Assembly: GCF_018977255.1 (NCBI RefSeq)
Contig: NW_024704743.1
Span: forward strand, 49,540,001-49,604,000
DNA length: 64,000 nt
Direction of reading: 5' to 3'
DNA from: Callorhinchus milii
Lineage: Eukaryota
A program made the position numbers and the translations under genes. Positions 39,522-52,649 of the stretch are shown here, piece after piece. How positions within the stretch are numbered: position 1 is the first letter of the stretch; the number at the start of each line of letters is the position of its first letter. Under the pieces are notes generated by a model. It was given only the letters and a program-made list of their open reading frames with translations, did no database searches and was not told the DNA's origin.

Positions 39522-39767
39522 CAGGAGAAGAAGCGAAGTGTGAGAAACGTTCCATCTCCCTGAATGCCAGCCAGCTCAGCAGCGGCCCTCCATCTCCCCG
39601 AAGCAAAAAGAAGAAGCGAGACCTGATGGAGATACTGGAAGAGGAAGCACGAGAGCTGTTGTCTTATTTCAACCACCGCAACGTAGATGCTTTACTGAAG
39701 GTCACCCGTAATGCTCTGGAAACTATCCGCAAGCGGATCCACTCGTCCTCAGTCCTTTACTTTATAG
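39522..39767 (+). CDS. DNAH5: DNAH5 exon 19 (..[24 protein letters not shown]..); alternative start 39525
   Basis: cacagcag NAGNAG acceptor; donor |gtatgg; phase 1-1. Confidence 0.9.
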
Positions 39768-40450
39768 GTATGGTGATCCTCGGCTGCTTCAGTGATCATC
39801 GCAATCCATCTCCAGAATCCGAGCTCTCAGACTGCCACTCCATACATCTTATTGCATGTCTTATAGTAAATAATAGTATTGACTGTTATGTAGACAAACA
39901 TGGAAACTAATTTGCACCAGCTGCATCTCAAACCCTTTTTGTATACTTTGGATGAGTGTCTAGGTAACACTATACAAAATAGTATGTGAACTGAAGTGAA
40001 GACACTGAGACCTTGAACCAGTGCAACACTTGCAGATCCTAAACGCACGCACGCACAGTGTGCTGCTTATAAATAAATAAAAATATTCTTCCGTTTAGTA
40101 TAGTGCATTTCATATCAACAGGATGTCTTAAAGCTCTTCTCAGGATACACTGTATTTTGTAGGCAAACTGGCCAATTTGCACACAGCTACATTCCACTAA
40201 CAGCCTCGAAGCGAATGACCAATTTTATTTGGACGATTGTTAGCCAGGACAAAAGGAGAAACTGCCTTCTCCTTTCGAACAATTATCAGGCTACCCGTGA
40301 GGTTATCAATTTGAAAGGAGCTGACAGAACAACCAACATTTTTAAAAAAGAAAATAAGGAGCAAAAATAAACTAGCATTGCATGAGGCAATGTTTAAAAC
40401 ATTAAACATCTCTAATTTAGATTATTTGGTCCGTTTGTTTTTTCAAACAG

Positions 40451-40641
40451 AAAATGACCCCTCCACCAAGCAGAAACAGTCGAGCCAGCCCATCTTTAAA
40501 ACAAAGATTACGCTGTCCATTCCCAATATAACCATGGTGCCTCCATTGGATGAGGTACAACAGGCTCTCAACAAAGCCGTGGAGTACATTGTCAGCGTCT
40601 CCAGAGGTGTTGGCCAATGGAGTAGAGAGAGAATTTCAAAG
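40451..40641 (+). CDS. DNAH5: DNAH5 exon 20 (..PIFKTKITLSIPNITMVP...ERISK)
   Basis: aaacag|...|gtttgc; 191 nt. Confidence 0.92.
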
Positions 40642-40741
40642 GTTTGCTTCAATCGTCTGCTCATTTATTCTATTCTCTGAGCAGGATGCTCAGCCTTGGT
40701 GTTCGTCCTTGTTCTTTTCACATATGCTTTTTCTTATTTAG

Positions 40742-40841
40742 AAAAAAATGAATGAACGAAAGATTGCAGCCATGAGGCGAGACAGCAAGGACAGTGATTC
40801 TGAAGATGGAGCCCCAGAACCTGCAATCAAAAGCGTTCTTG
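40742..40841 (+). CDS. DNAH5: DNAH5 exon 21 (KKMNERKIAAMRRDSKDSDSEDG...)
   Basis: atttag|...|gtaaca; 100 nt; preceded by a 100-nt intron. Confidence 0.88.
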
Positions 40842-42743
40842 GTAACACTGCTCTGTTAAATATTAGAAATGAAAGCAATTCTTCCTTTTAAAAATATGCA
40901 AAGGGAGATAAAGATTTTTCTCTTCGCAAGTTAAATATGAAGACAAAATAGTTTTACAAAATCAGATTAGTTGGATTTTCAAACCTCATATTCCATAATC
41001 TGCCTCACCAAGAATCTATTGCAATGTTGTAATGATTAAGTTCAAATACTTCCTAGGACTTGATTTGATTTGAGGAACAAGTAACTACTTCGCATAATTT
41101 TAAATTATGATCAGTGATCCTCTCAAATCCTCTTCTTTCTTCATCTCAGTTAAAGGACAGCGCTCCACAGTATAAATATTCAGTATTTATTTTTTCTCAC
41201 ATTAAAGTCTGTTAATTCTTAGACTCTATATCGGCCAAGATTCCTTTGAACATATTCAAACTTTCTTTGTCCTTGCCACCTGACTACACAGCTTAGTGTC
41301 GTCAACAAATTTTCTATCATAATTTTACTTAGGCTCAACAGATACACAAATAATGATTTATTCTGGTCAACCTATACTGGTGACTGATTCCAAGTCAAAA
41401 TGTGTTTCATTTATCATTGCCTCTGAATCCGATTGCAAAGCCCATTTTAATCTGTTATTTCGTGAGCCCTAATTTAATCAACAGATTGATTACTTTTTAT
41501 GATACATATTATGAACTCTGTGAGTAAAGATTTTGTCCAATTTTGGGACATTTTTGTGCTGAGACTGATGGCAAGCATGCTATCTGTCGATACATCATCA
41601 TCTCCACAATAACATATTACGTTTATTTTGTATTGCAAAATAACCTGTAATTCTCCGGAAATTCTGTCCCTGTACATTGAGGGGTTGAAATTGTGTTAAT
41701 ACTGACGTTCGATTTTTTAGATAGTGACAGACCCCTTGCTTACTTCATATGACTGTGTGTAGAACTCACTCCATTCAATTAATGTTCCCAAATTGGTAAG
41801 TTATGATGACTGTCAAATGAAGTTTAATACAAATAAATCCATGGCACTGCAGATAGGAAGTAAGAATAGGAGGCAAATGTACTCCATCGATGGGATATAA
41901 TTTGCATAGTGTTAGTTGACTAATAGCGCCAAACAGTTATGTCAAACAGTGTGAGGCAGCAATAAAAAAGGCAAACAAGATGCTGGGCTGTAATCAGTTG
42001 AGTTTAGATCCCGAGATATCATGCTCCTGTTGTACACTGATCTGACAGGGTGACCAAATAATAATTCTTACTTTATTTCTTCAAAGACAGTGTTCAGTGC
42101 ATAAAAAAATTGTAATGGTATCACGGCTTTTTGGTCACACTGTCTAATTCTGGTCACCGCAACATAAGAGGGGTAACCAAGCCCGAGGGACAGATCAGAA
42201 GAGAGGATGATCTTCAGTGGTAGATGAATAAGCTATGAGCAATGAGAAATTGTTTATTATCTCTTACTAGTGTTTAGTTTATAATTGGTCACTAAGGTCA
42301 TATGAATTGCGGAGTGGGGCGTGGTGGGGTTGACATTGTCAGTGGTGAGCTCCTCTGGTAATGCAGGTCAGTCAGCAGGCAGCTTTGTACAACCAGCAAG
42401 CACGGACATTCTGAATCCTAAACACTCCCCTCCTCAAGCCAAAAGATCTTTCAAAATTCAGTACCAGTTATGTGCTACTTTGTGCAATCTAAAATCTCTC
42501 TCTCAGACTTGACAGATATTAAGTTACCAGCCTAATTATTAACTGGTATCAGGGAGTACTTAGATGATAATCTTCTCTCTGAGGATCGCTTCTTCTTGAC
42601 AGATTTTTGTTTGGTGAAATCTGCAATGTATTGTTTAATGAACATAGTTTTTATTATACTTCCCTTAAGCATGTATGATCCACAGAGGAACAAGACTTAG
42701 CTGATAGTTTGTAATGTATTGGTTGGCCCTCTATTCATTTCAG

Positions 42744-42886
42744 ATGGCAGCGTCTCAGATATCTCTGCCTCTGTGAACCTCCACATCCCTGTCCAACCTA
42801 GGAACTATCACAAAAGTGTTTCAGAAAACAAGGAGATCATAAAACTGGTGTCAGTGCTGAGTACGGCCATCAATTCCACTAAAAAG
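42744..42886 (+). CDS. DNAH5: DNAH5 exon 22 (..[40 protein letters not shown])
   Basis: tttcag|...|gtaatg; 143 nt. Confidence 0.93.
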
Positions 42887-43682
42887 GTAATGCTGCATCT
42901 TCAGAGAACTATTCTGGTTATGTTGGGAGTCTAATAATGGGAGTTATATTAAATATACACACGGCAGAAATACAGAATAAAGGGGTTCAAAGATCTCTTA
43001 TGTTTACTGTCATTTTGGAACAAATTACGTGTGGTTTGTTAAAAGCTATTTACTTTAGTCTACAATGTTCTAGTCATATTCAGAATTAGATAAAGTGATA
43101 GGTATTTGTGAAGGATGGGATTTTTCTTTAATTATAACCCATGGTTATTTCCTTAAGACTTATTAGATTGACCTGTCTGCTATTCAATATAAATGTTTCT
43201 TGTTATCTGAGGTTATTCCTCATTTTTATCATTGTTGAAGATTAAATCCTAAATATTATCTCACTATGGAAGTATTGTGGGATGTTTATCGCACTTTGTA
43301 AACTTTTGCAAATTCTGTCTATTTATCTACATTTCCCAGTGAATGATGGGTGTGGGGCCTGCAAGATACCAGCAAAAAAACTGTTTTCCCATGTGCAAAG
43401 ATGCTTGTGAGGTTACTCAGGATACTTTGAGCCTTGATCCGTGATACTGCAACAAGTTGCATTTATATATAGTGCCCTTCATTCAGGGTAGTAGCTCAGA
43501 GCAAATCTCACACACAAACTTCACCATTGTATTGTACATTTTTAGAGTTAAAGACAGAGATATCGTTAAGACAGAGAAAGAGTTAGAAAGTTAGAGAGAC
43601 TCGATGGAGGAGAGAGAGAGATGAGAGTGAGAGTCTGACAGAAAGTTTCAGAGAGAGAAGGGCTGTGATACTACAGTGACAG

Positions 43683-44231
43683 TGTTGGGGTCTCAACTCC
43701 TGGTGTTTGAATCAAAAGACCAGACAATAAAACTTTATGGCTAATTCAGTTTATTCAAATATAAGCACAGCAAGAATACATAAACTACCCGGTTCTGGAG
43801 CAGTCAGTGTGCTTTGGCCCTCCGCCTCTGAGTGCCTGGTTCTCTGCTGATTCTGCTGCGTCATGTCAACAACCTTTCAACTTTATACCTTTTTGTTCAT
43901 CCAATTATGAGGCGCGTGGGCCTTTTGCAACTGGTCAAAGAATCAAGCGTGCTATTACTGCTGTTTATCCTAAGATCCGGGTGTTTTGACTGCAAAACAG
44001 CTTGTGTCCTCCCAAGGCCAATGGTTGTCTTACTTCAACTTTTCATGTTGACCATTTCTTCTTAACCAGACAAAAACAACTTATGTTATTAACAGATGTT
44101 GAGTGATGGTTCTAGTACAAAATGGTGTTATCCGCCATTTTGATTCATATAAACAAGATTAACAACTTAACGTTTACAATTTTATGCGGCCATGCCTTAA
44201 AGCGTTTCATTACATATATCATATTCTAACA
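43683..44231 (-). mobile_element. Solo LTR (549 bp) with 4-bp TSD ACAG
   Basis: acag|TGTTGG...CTAACA|acag; minus-strand TATAAAG (43881-43887) and AATAAA (43750-43755). Confidence 0.75.
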
Positions 44232-44437
44232 ACAGTACAATTCCTGATAGAACACATTTTAATTTGAATTTTCTGTGACGCCCAATTATTCAAACTGTTT
44301 GCTTATTTGCAAAACCAAAATAAATCCTTCGTGGAGGAAGTGGTGAGTGATGTGAACTAGCTTGTTGTTCAAATGCAGTTGTAATCGTAGCATTGACTCA
44401 GATCCTGTTTATTTTTATTGCTTCTTTTTTACTAAAG

Positions 44438-44639
44438 GAGGTGCTTACTGCTCTTGAACAATTCAAATGCTATCATCACATCTGGCAGAGAGAGCGGGAA
44501 GAGTTCATTCAGGACTTTATGAAGGGAAACCCTCGGCTGTCTGAGTTTGAATCACAGATTCTCTACTTTCGAGACTTGGAATCCGAGATCAACTCTGAAG
44601 CTGAATACATCTGTGTAGGAGCACTGGCACTTTACACTG
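44438..44639 (+). CDS. DNAH5: DNAH5 exon 23 ([10 protein letters not shown]...ALYT)
   Basis: ctaaag|...|gtaact; 202 nt. Confidence 0.93.
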
Positions 44640-45056
44640 GTAACTCTAATCATTGTTGGCTAACATTCATGCTTTCACTTGTGTAAATATTTTTTAAAAA
44701 ATGGAATACAATTCATTTGTTTTAGATTTTGTCATGCTTTCCCTAAGTTATCTTGACCAACAATCTCCCGAAACAAAACTGGTCATGCATTTCATGGCTG
44801 GTTGTGGATCGTTGTGCTCAAATGCTCTGCCATGTTTGACTTCAAATACAGTCATTACACTTTATAATAAAAGCTGTGCTTTGAAACGTTTCAACAATGT
44901 GATAAGACACAATATCAAATACAAGGTTTTTTTTATTATTATTTATTATTTTTACTGGTTTGAGCCAAATGGAGTAGTACGCTTTTTATAAGACCCATTT
45001 CAATCTGACAATTGCTATCAGCAAATCTTTATTGTGTTACATTTGTTTTATTTCAG

Positions 45057-45292
45057 CTGATCTTAAGATGGCGTTAACTTCAGAAACTAAGGCCTGGATA
45101 ACTTATTTAGGTCGACATTGTAACAAGAAATACTGCAACGAGATGGAGAACATTTTTACATTCGTAGAGGAAACCAGCAAAAAACTGAATCGACCAATCA
45201 AGGATTTGGATGACATTCGAATAGCAATGGCTGCCCTCAAAGAAATCAAAGAGCAGCAGATTGCCATTGACTTCCAAGTGGGGCCCATTGAG
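45057..45292 (+). CDS. DNAH5: DNAH5 exon 24 ([13 protein letters not shown]...QVGPIE)
   Basis: tttcag|...|gtagcc; 236 nt. Confidence 0.94.
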
Positions 45293-46306
45293 GTAGCCCA
45301 ATGTTTGACTATACATCTATATTGGTATCCACTATCTGAATTGCATGTATCCAGGAGGGAAATCAAGCTGTAAGAGAATATTTAGCACAAGATAGAAACA
45401 ATCTACTACATCAATACCAGGTTATTGATGTTCAAATCCCTACATAGCCTTGCCCCATCAAACCAGTGTGTCCTCCTGCAACCCTACTGTCTCCCACTCC
45501 CTCCACTCAGCAAATCAGCCGACTTCATTTCCCCTGCCCGATCTGCCCCCACCATGTTGAGCTGTGAAATCTTACATTCCCTCCCTCTCGCCCTAACTTT
45601 TCAATCGTGCTTTGGTCGCCTTTTCCTCTCCCCCTCTCCCCCAAGCTAGGGCTCCCAGTTGGAGTAAAAGCAATGGATGGCAAATCAATTGTAGGATTTC
45701 AGAGGAAAATGGCTAGAGACTCAGAGAATGAATATTTTAAGGTATAAGACAGCAAAGTGCGATTACAACAACTACTTGGATTTATATAGTGCCCTCCACA
45801 CCGGACGACGTCTCAGAGCGCTTCACAGTAAAGGATCCCGGGGCCGAGCCAGGGGGATGGGAAGGAAGGTGACCAAAGGCGCAGTCAAAATGAAAGGTCT
45901 TCAGCAGGAACCTGAAAATAGAGAGAGGGTGTGAGGCGAAGGGAGTGAGGAAGGGAATTCCAAAGCCTCGGGGCATGGTGGCTGAAGGCACGGCTGCCGA
46001 GGGTGGTGCGGAGGACTCGGATTAGAGGAGGTTGAAGTATATAGGCCATAAAATGGTTTGTTGTGAAGCAAGCTGGATGGGCTTTTCTCCTGTATTTAAT
46101 TTGTTGCTAAAATTAACACATCAAATATTGTAATTTTCACCCCAACTTCTTTACTTACTGAGGAAGTTGGATTCTTAGTAAGGTTTTTGTACATTCCACA
46201 AGGAACGTATTCATCAAGTGCATTAATGATGATCAGTTTCACTATCTTTTGTGTTAACAAATAACTAATAACTATTGGTAATAACTGATTCTTCTCATAC
46301 TGATAG

Positions 46307-46525
46307 GAGTCATATGCAACATTAAACAAGTATGAATTGCTTGTGGCCAAGGAAGAGATTGAGAAGGTAGATACCCTGCGTTACACGTGGGAAAAACTGC
46401 TGGTGCGTGCAAATGAGATTCAGAATGAACTGGTTGCTTTGCAGCCGAATTTTAGAGGAGACCTCATCAGCAATGTGCAGATATTCGTTGAAGACTGCAG
46501 TCAGTTTTATGCAGACTATGAAAAG
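46307..46525 (+). CDS. DNAH5: DNAH5 exon 25 ([12 protein letters not shown]...YADYEK)
   Basis: tgatag|...|gtacac; 219 nt. Confidence 0.94.
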
Positions 46526-46902
46526 GTACACAGAAAAAGTAGAAACCCACGTTAGAAAGCGACCACTGAATCTTGCAGTTTGAGTACTGGAAATATATTG
46601 TGTATTTAAAGTTTAATTTCAGTGTGTTTGTAAATAATATAATTCAGATTGGAAACTTTTCATAATTGTTATTCATATCAGGGTTTAAAATTCATATCCA
46701 AAACATATATTTTTTTACGTTTTAAATTGCTTATTGGCTGCCTGGCAACAGCCCCAAATATATATAATGTTTGGTAGGTCATAATTTGTTAGTGTTAAAC
46801 ATTTTGAAACACTGCAGTCTTGTAAACTTTGTGAATGTGTGCCGATTCCACAGTGGGATGACTGAATAGTTACTGAATTTTGCTTCATTTAATTTACTGT
46901 AG

Positions 46903-46965
46903 GATGGACCAATGGTTATTGGCTTGGCCCCACAGGATGCCAGTGACAGACTTATCATTTTTCAG
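46903..46965 (+). CDS. DNAH5: DNAH5 exon 26 (DGPMVIGLAPQDASDRLIIFQ)
   Basis: ctgtag|...|gtacag; 63 nt. Confidence 0.92.
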
Positions 46966-48154
46966 GTACAGTATATTGGAGTATAAATGAGAATTTGTGA
47001 ATATTGAATCCTGACAGTAATTAGATGTATTCAATTGACTTCCCTGTTAACCAATAGCCTTTGTGTGAAACTAAAGGTGCATAACCTCAAGAAAGTACAG
47101 CTTAGATTCACAAGGATATTACTAGGGATGAGTGAATACAGCTATCAAGAAAGATTGGACTGATTAGAGATTTTCTCTCTGGAGATGAGATGATTAAGAG
47201 GGGGCCTGGTAGAGGTGTTTTGAGATTATGAAAAGATTCAATATGGTGGATGCTAATAGGCTGTTTCCATCTGTTGGTGAGTCCCAAAATGAGAAGGCAT
47301 AAATATAAAATAACCAGTAACAGATTTCACACAGAGGTTAATTAATAATTGAAGAGTGGTTGAAGCCAAGATATTAGAGTCATTTATAAAAGCAGCTTGA
47401 TGCAATGGTGGAAAGACAGAAACATGGGTATTCTGGAGAGATGAGATCTGATGAGCTGAGGGACTTTCTTCATCCAAACTGATCTTGTGAGATCTGTAAC
47501 ATTTAGGAGGAACTTCTTTACTCAAACGATGGTGGGAAGGTGGAACTCATCACTCGAAACTGTGGTAATGATAAAAAGCATCAATGTATTTGAGAGGATG
47601 TATTATTTGTATTATATTTAAGTGCTCCAGGACGCTGCCCCACCTGAAGGGTGTTTTATAAATGCAAGTGTTTTGTCCTGCTGGGAATCAAACCCAGGTC
47701 TCTCGCTTGCGAGGCGAGTGCTCTAACCACTGAGCTCCAGGACTCCTACGGATTGATTGAGGTCTCCCCACAGTTTGGGAATCTCACACAGTATCTTGAG
47801 GATAATGTGAAATTGCTGAGGATATGCTTAGCTCCTAGTGTCATTAAAAAGTCTTTGATAGCAAAGGTGCACAAATTTTTAACTTTCTTTGGGACACCCA
47901 GTCTCTGATCACTTCTTGTGTCATTAGAAACGGACTGTGGGTGAGTCCAAAGTCCATGTATGTATTTCAGCAATTTAGGACACAGCAGGTTGGTGACTGA
48001 CGCTTTGTGTTACTAGTGCACTGGTGTCACTATTGGATGCATATCGAATTCTGCTCCTGTAAGCTCATGCATAAGACAACTACTGTAAACTGTTTTAAAA
48101 CTAATATTGCATTGAAAGAACACAAACAAAATGCTTACTTTATTTTGTTTCCAG

Positions 48155-48393
48155 AATCAATTTGATAATTTATTTCGCAAGTATATCACGTACACCGGTG
48201 GTGAGGAGCTCTTCGGTTTGCCTGTCACTCAGTATTCTCAGCTACTGGATATCAGAAAACAATTGGCTTTGCTTCAGAAGCTGTACGGTCTCTACAACAA
48301 TGTGATCGATACGGTCAGCAGCTACTACGACATCCTGTGGTCAGAGGTCAACATAGACAGAATCAACAATGAACTTCAGGAATTCCAGCACAG
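48155..48393 (+). CDS. DNAH5: DNAH5 exon 27 ([23 protein letters not shown]...EFQH)
   Basis: ttccag|...|gtgact; 239 nt. Confidence 0.95.
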
Positions 48394-49134
48394 GTGACTG
48401 CATGTTTGTTTATTACCGAAATCAGGGGTTAATTTGTGATATTCACAAAACTTGGAAAGTCAAATTGGGGATTGGGGAGAAATCTGGAAAGCAAAATCCA
48501 CCTCCTGTCTGTTTTACTCTCTGGTTGTGTCTACTTATACCTGTCTGTTTCACTCTCCAGTCTTATTTTCTCACTCTGTCATTGCCAAGTAGCCAAGTGT
48601 AAGTGAGTGAATGTTAAAATGTTAGTTAACCCCAACAGGAGTTGGACAAAGATACTATTATATTAGTTTCGCCCACAAAATATACAGTCAATTCACTTTA
48701 CAATATATTTTGTCAAGCTCTTTGAGACGTCTCGAAGACATGATAAGGCGCTATATCAAATGCAAGGATTATTATTATTATGAGCAAAGCAGCTAAAGTG
48801 GAAAATCTAAATGTGTAAAAGAATGGTCAGCATAAAGGGTGACCACAAAATTTAACCTGTGTTTTTCTGAAACAACATTATTGTTATATTATGAAAATGA
48901 TATAAACATACAAACATTTCTCCAACGTGAACAGTTGTGGCTGTAAAACAATGGTTATTGTGTATGAGGAGCAAATTATGATTATGGAAACCCGTGCTTA
49001 AGATTATTTGTGAATCTGAATAATACAACCCAAGCTACAACAACAACCTGCATTTATATAGCGCTTTTCACACTTGCGAGTCAAAAATGCAAGATCAGAC
49101 AATCCAGTCACTGCCCGTTGCAACTTTGTATCAT

Positions 49135-49570
49135 TCACTAGAATGATACCAGAATGATAAATTATGAGGGCAGGTTGCATAAACTTGGTCTGTATTCCCT
49201 TGAGTTTAGAAAGTTAAGGAGTGATCGGATTGAGGTTTTTAAAATAATAAAGGGATTGATAGGGTTGATACAGAGAAACTATTTCCTCTGGGTGGAATCC
49301 AGAACAACGGGGCTTCATTTTAAAATTAGAGCTAGGCCATTTAAGAGTGAAATCAGGAGCATTTTTTTACGCAAAGAGTAGTGGAAATCTGGAACTCTCC
49401 CCCAAAAGGCTGTGGATGCTGGATCCATTCACATTTTCAAGACTAAGGTGGATAGATTTGTTAGATAAGGGCATAAAGAGATATGAGGCAAAGGTGGAGT
49501 TGAGGTACAGATCAACCATGATCTCGTAGAATGGTGCAACAGGCTCAAGTGGCTGAATGGCCTATTGCTG
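49135..49570 (+). mobile_element. CR1 LINE 3' fragment
   Basis: YEGRLHKLGLYSLEFRKLRSDRIEVFKI; 3' ggctgaatggcct. Confidence 0.85.
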
Positions 49571-49668
49571 TTGCAATGTTCCGACAGACGCAAAGGAAAA
49601 TTGTCCACAGTCCACAGCTTATTCCAAACAGAATGTTTTAATAAAAGCTGGCCATGTTAGATTGTATT

Positions 49669-50022
49669 GGAACTGCAGCTCAGTAGTTAACACCCTCGCC
49701 TCGCAAGTGAGAGACCTGGGTTTGATTCCCGGCAGGACGAAATATTGGGAAAGTTTCCTTACTCCACACCCCTCTGTTCACCTAGCAGTAAGTAGGATCC
49801 CTGTTAGTCGATTGCCAGATCACTTTTCCAGGGGCAATAATTCCTTTTTTAAAAAAATTGGTCCCTCAAACCACGACTGTTTGTGGGACAGTGCTGTGTG
49901 CAATTGGCTGCGGTGTTTCACCCACAAAGTAAACAGTCAATTTACAGTATATTCTGTGAAGCGCTTTGAGATGTCTCGAAGACGTGATAAGGCGCTATAT
50001 CAAATGCAAGGATTATTATTAT
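49669..50022 (+). mobile_element. SINE, long form
   Basis: Same structure as 28406-28780. Confidence 0.88.
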
Positions 50023-50082
50023 CGTGGTAACCATTGCGTAACAAGCAACATTATAACCTGTGATTTTTTTCTTTTACTCCAG

Positions 50083-50323
50083 ATGCCGTAAGCTTCCACG
50101 TGCATTAAAAGAATGGCAAGCATACCTGGAGCTGAAGCAAACCATCGATGACTTCAATGAGTGCTGCCCACTCCTCGAGCACATGTCTGATAAGGCCATG
50201 ATGCTACGGCATTGGAAGCGAATTGCAGAAACCACTGGGCACAGTTTTGACGTGGAAAGTGAAACTTTTAAGCTGAGGAACATCATGGAAGCGCCTCTTC
50301 TGAAATACAAGGAAGAAATTGAG
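50083..50323 (+). CDS. DNAH5: DNAH5 exon 28 ([11 protein letters not shown]...KEEIE)
   Basis: ctccag|...|gtgcat; 241 nt. Confidence 0.95.
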
Positions 50324-50851
50324 GTGCATTAATATTGTAGATTAAAATATTCAATGCTCTTGGCAAAAGTACATTGTTTTATGTTAGGAAGTTTCTCCCA
50401 GTGCCTGGCCATATATCCCGCAAATAAAATTGGTGATTCGTTTCATGGCTGTTTGGGGGACATTGCTGAGTGCAAATTGACTGTCACATAGTCACTGCAC
50501 TTTACTGTGAAGTAGTAATTAATTACTGTGAAGCATTTCAAAATTAGGACTGAATTTTCTAAAGGTTATCACCATGATTTTCAGGCCTCAAGTGCCTCCG
50601 TGAGAAATTTTTTATCCTGTCATTTTCCATGTTTCCACTGCCTGTATCCTAACAGCTGGCCAGGCTACGTGAGAGAGTTCACTGCCCAATACACTGCAGC
50701 AAGTGTGTGGCTGGGGAATACTGAGGAGGCAGTACATTTGATAACCTCACAACAAAAGAAATCTGATTATAGCCTAAACTTACATTTGCATAAAATATTA
50801 TTATAAAGGGCCTCCACGTTGAAATTCTCTGTTTTGCTTGTGTTTTTGCAG

Positions 50852-51051
50852 GATATTTGCATCAGTGCAGTGAAAGAGAAGGACATTGAGCAGAAACTGA
50901 AGCAGGTCATAGGGGAGTGGGATAACAAAACATTCACCTTTGCCAGCTTCAAAGCACGGGGCGAACTGCTGCTGAGGGGAGACAGTACATCAGAAATCAT
51001 TGCTAACATGGAGGACAGCTTGATGATCTTGGGCTCACTGATGAGTAACAG
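50852..51051 (+). CDS. DNAH5: DNAH5 exon 29 ([16 protein letters not shown]...SLMSN)
   Basis: ttgcag|...|gtacgc; 200 nt. Confidence 0.95.
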
Positions 51052-51814
51052 GTACGCATTATCAGTGGCATTATTTAACTCCAGCTTTCTCAAGCATTCA
51101 ATACAGAAACACATGTCTCCAACTTGAGTTAAAAATATCTGTAACCATCCAATAACAGATTAAATCTAGTCTACACAACTTGTGTTTCTACAGTACCCTT
51201 TACATGGGCAGTGTCTCAGAATGCTTGCTCTTGTACATATTGTACGTTTTAGAGTGTTTGTACTCTATCACTGGGGTTGAAGTTGCAATATTTGCCTACA
51301 AAATACAGTCACTACATTTTATAGTAAAATCTTATGAAGTGCTTTGAGGCATTCTTCTGACATATAAGGCACAATATCAAGTGCACGTATTGTTATTATA
51401 AAAGGGATGGGAAGCATAAATTCACCGACCTCAATCTTGCCTCTATAGTTGGTTTCAGAGTAGGATTGAGGTTTCTGAAAGTTGCCAAAATGCAATAACA
51501 AAAGTCCTGAAGGAGTGACATGGATGTTCGTGGGGTAGGTTAAGTAGTTAAGAACCTTTCCTTCTGATGGCAGTGTCTATTGTGTATAGGAACCTCCTTT
51601 AGCAAAAATTCAGCTTCCCAATCTCATTCCTACCTCTCAGCAGTACAATGCTAGGCTCAAATTAATGCTGCCCCCTCTCCCAAATTAGTGCTGCCCAAAC
51701 CACATCGCTGTTCTGGCTCACTCTGGATAATGTGGTTGATATCATTTTTCCTGAGACAGTTGTCATTTTGAGAGCTTTTTGTGCTATTTTTTCTCTTTGC
51801 TTTTCTCTTGTCAG

Positions 51815-51968
51815 GTACAACACTCCTTTCAAACCGCAGATTCAGAAATGGGTCCACAATCTTTCAAACACGACTGACATTATTGAGAACTGGATGACTG
51901 TACAGAACCTGTGGATTTACCTGGAGGCCGTGTTTGTAGGTGGAGACATTGCTAAGCAACTTCCAAAG
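51815..51968 (+). CDS. DNAH5: DNAH5 exon 30 (YNTPFK...[19 protein letters not shown])
   Basis: tgtcag|...|gtatga; 154 nt. Confidence 0.95.
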
Positions 51969-52143
51969 GTATGACATTGATCATGGTGGCAGATTGAGAC
52001 CTTGTCCAAGTGTGGTTAGAAGGCTCAGATGTTCATTGTTGTGCCTGGAGCACATTCCCAGTTTTTCACAGGCTGGAATGAATGCTCATCTGGCGAAAAC
52101 TGCCAAAGTTTGCCATGTTTACAATACCTATGACCCCCTTTTC

Positions 52144-52430
52144 TTTTGATCAGCAGTGTGTCTGACACATATAGAAATCCTTCACTATGCTTAAGAGTAT
52201 CCAAACCAAACAGGGTTCCATGCATCCCACCTACACATGGAAATTTCAGAGATAGATTGTTGGAATGGAATGTGCACTCGCTCTCTGGAGGGACACTTCC
52301 TGCTTACCTAACTCCTGATTAGGCACAAGTATTAGGCACAGGTTTGCAAAAGCCAACGCTTGGGGACCCCAGAGTGTGCATTGGGTTGAAATAGCATAGC
52401 TTGCCATTAATATCACCATCTGGCAGGGCT
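52144..52430 (+). repeat. Unclassified ~300-bp dispersed repeat (other copies 587-765, 29975-30247 minus, 63227-63525)
   Basis: Shared blocks tttgatcagc..gtgtctgacac, ccatgcatcccaccta.acatggaaat, ttggaatggaatg, catagcttg.catt. Confidence 0.75.
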
Positions 52431-52649
52431 ACCAATGACTCTGGGGATTGGCAGTGGACTGCTAAACACACTCATTTGATCAATTCAGTACCTTTTTTTT
52501 AAAAACAAGGAAATGCCTCTGTTTTTCTCAACTTCATTCTCTGGAGTCATTGAAGTGGATTCCTAGGTCTGAACAAAACATTGCAAATTTACATTTGTAT
52601 CGCGCCTTTCATGTCTGGAGGATGTCATGTCATCCAAGGTGCTTAACAA

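Noticed and set aside
43550..43660. (GA)-rich tract
   Set aside because: Decayed simple repeat
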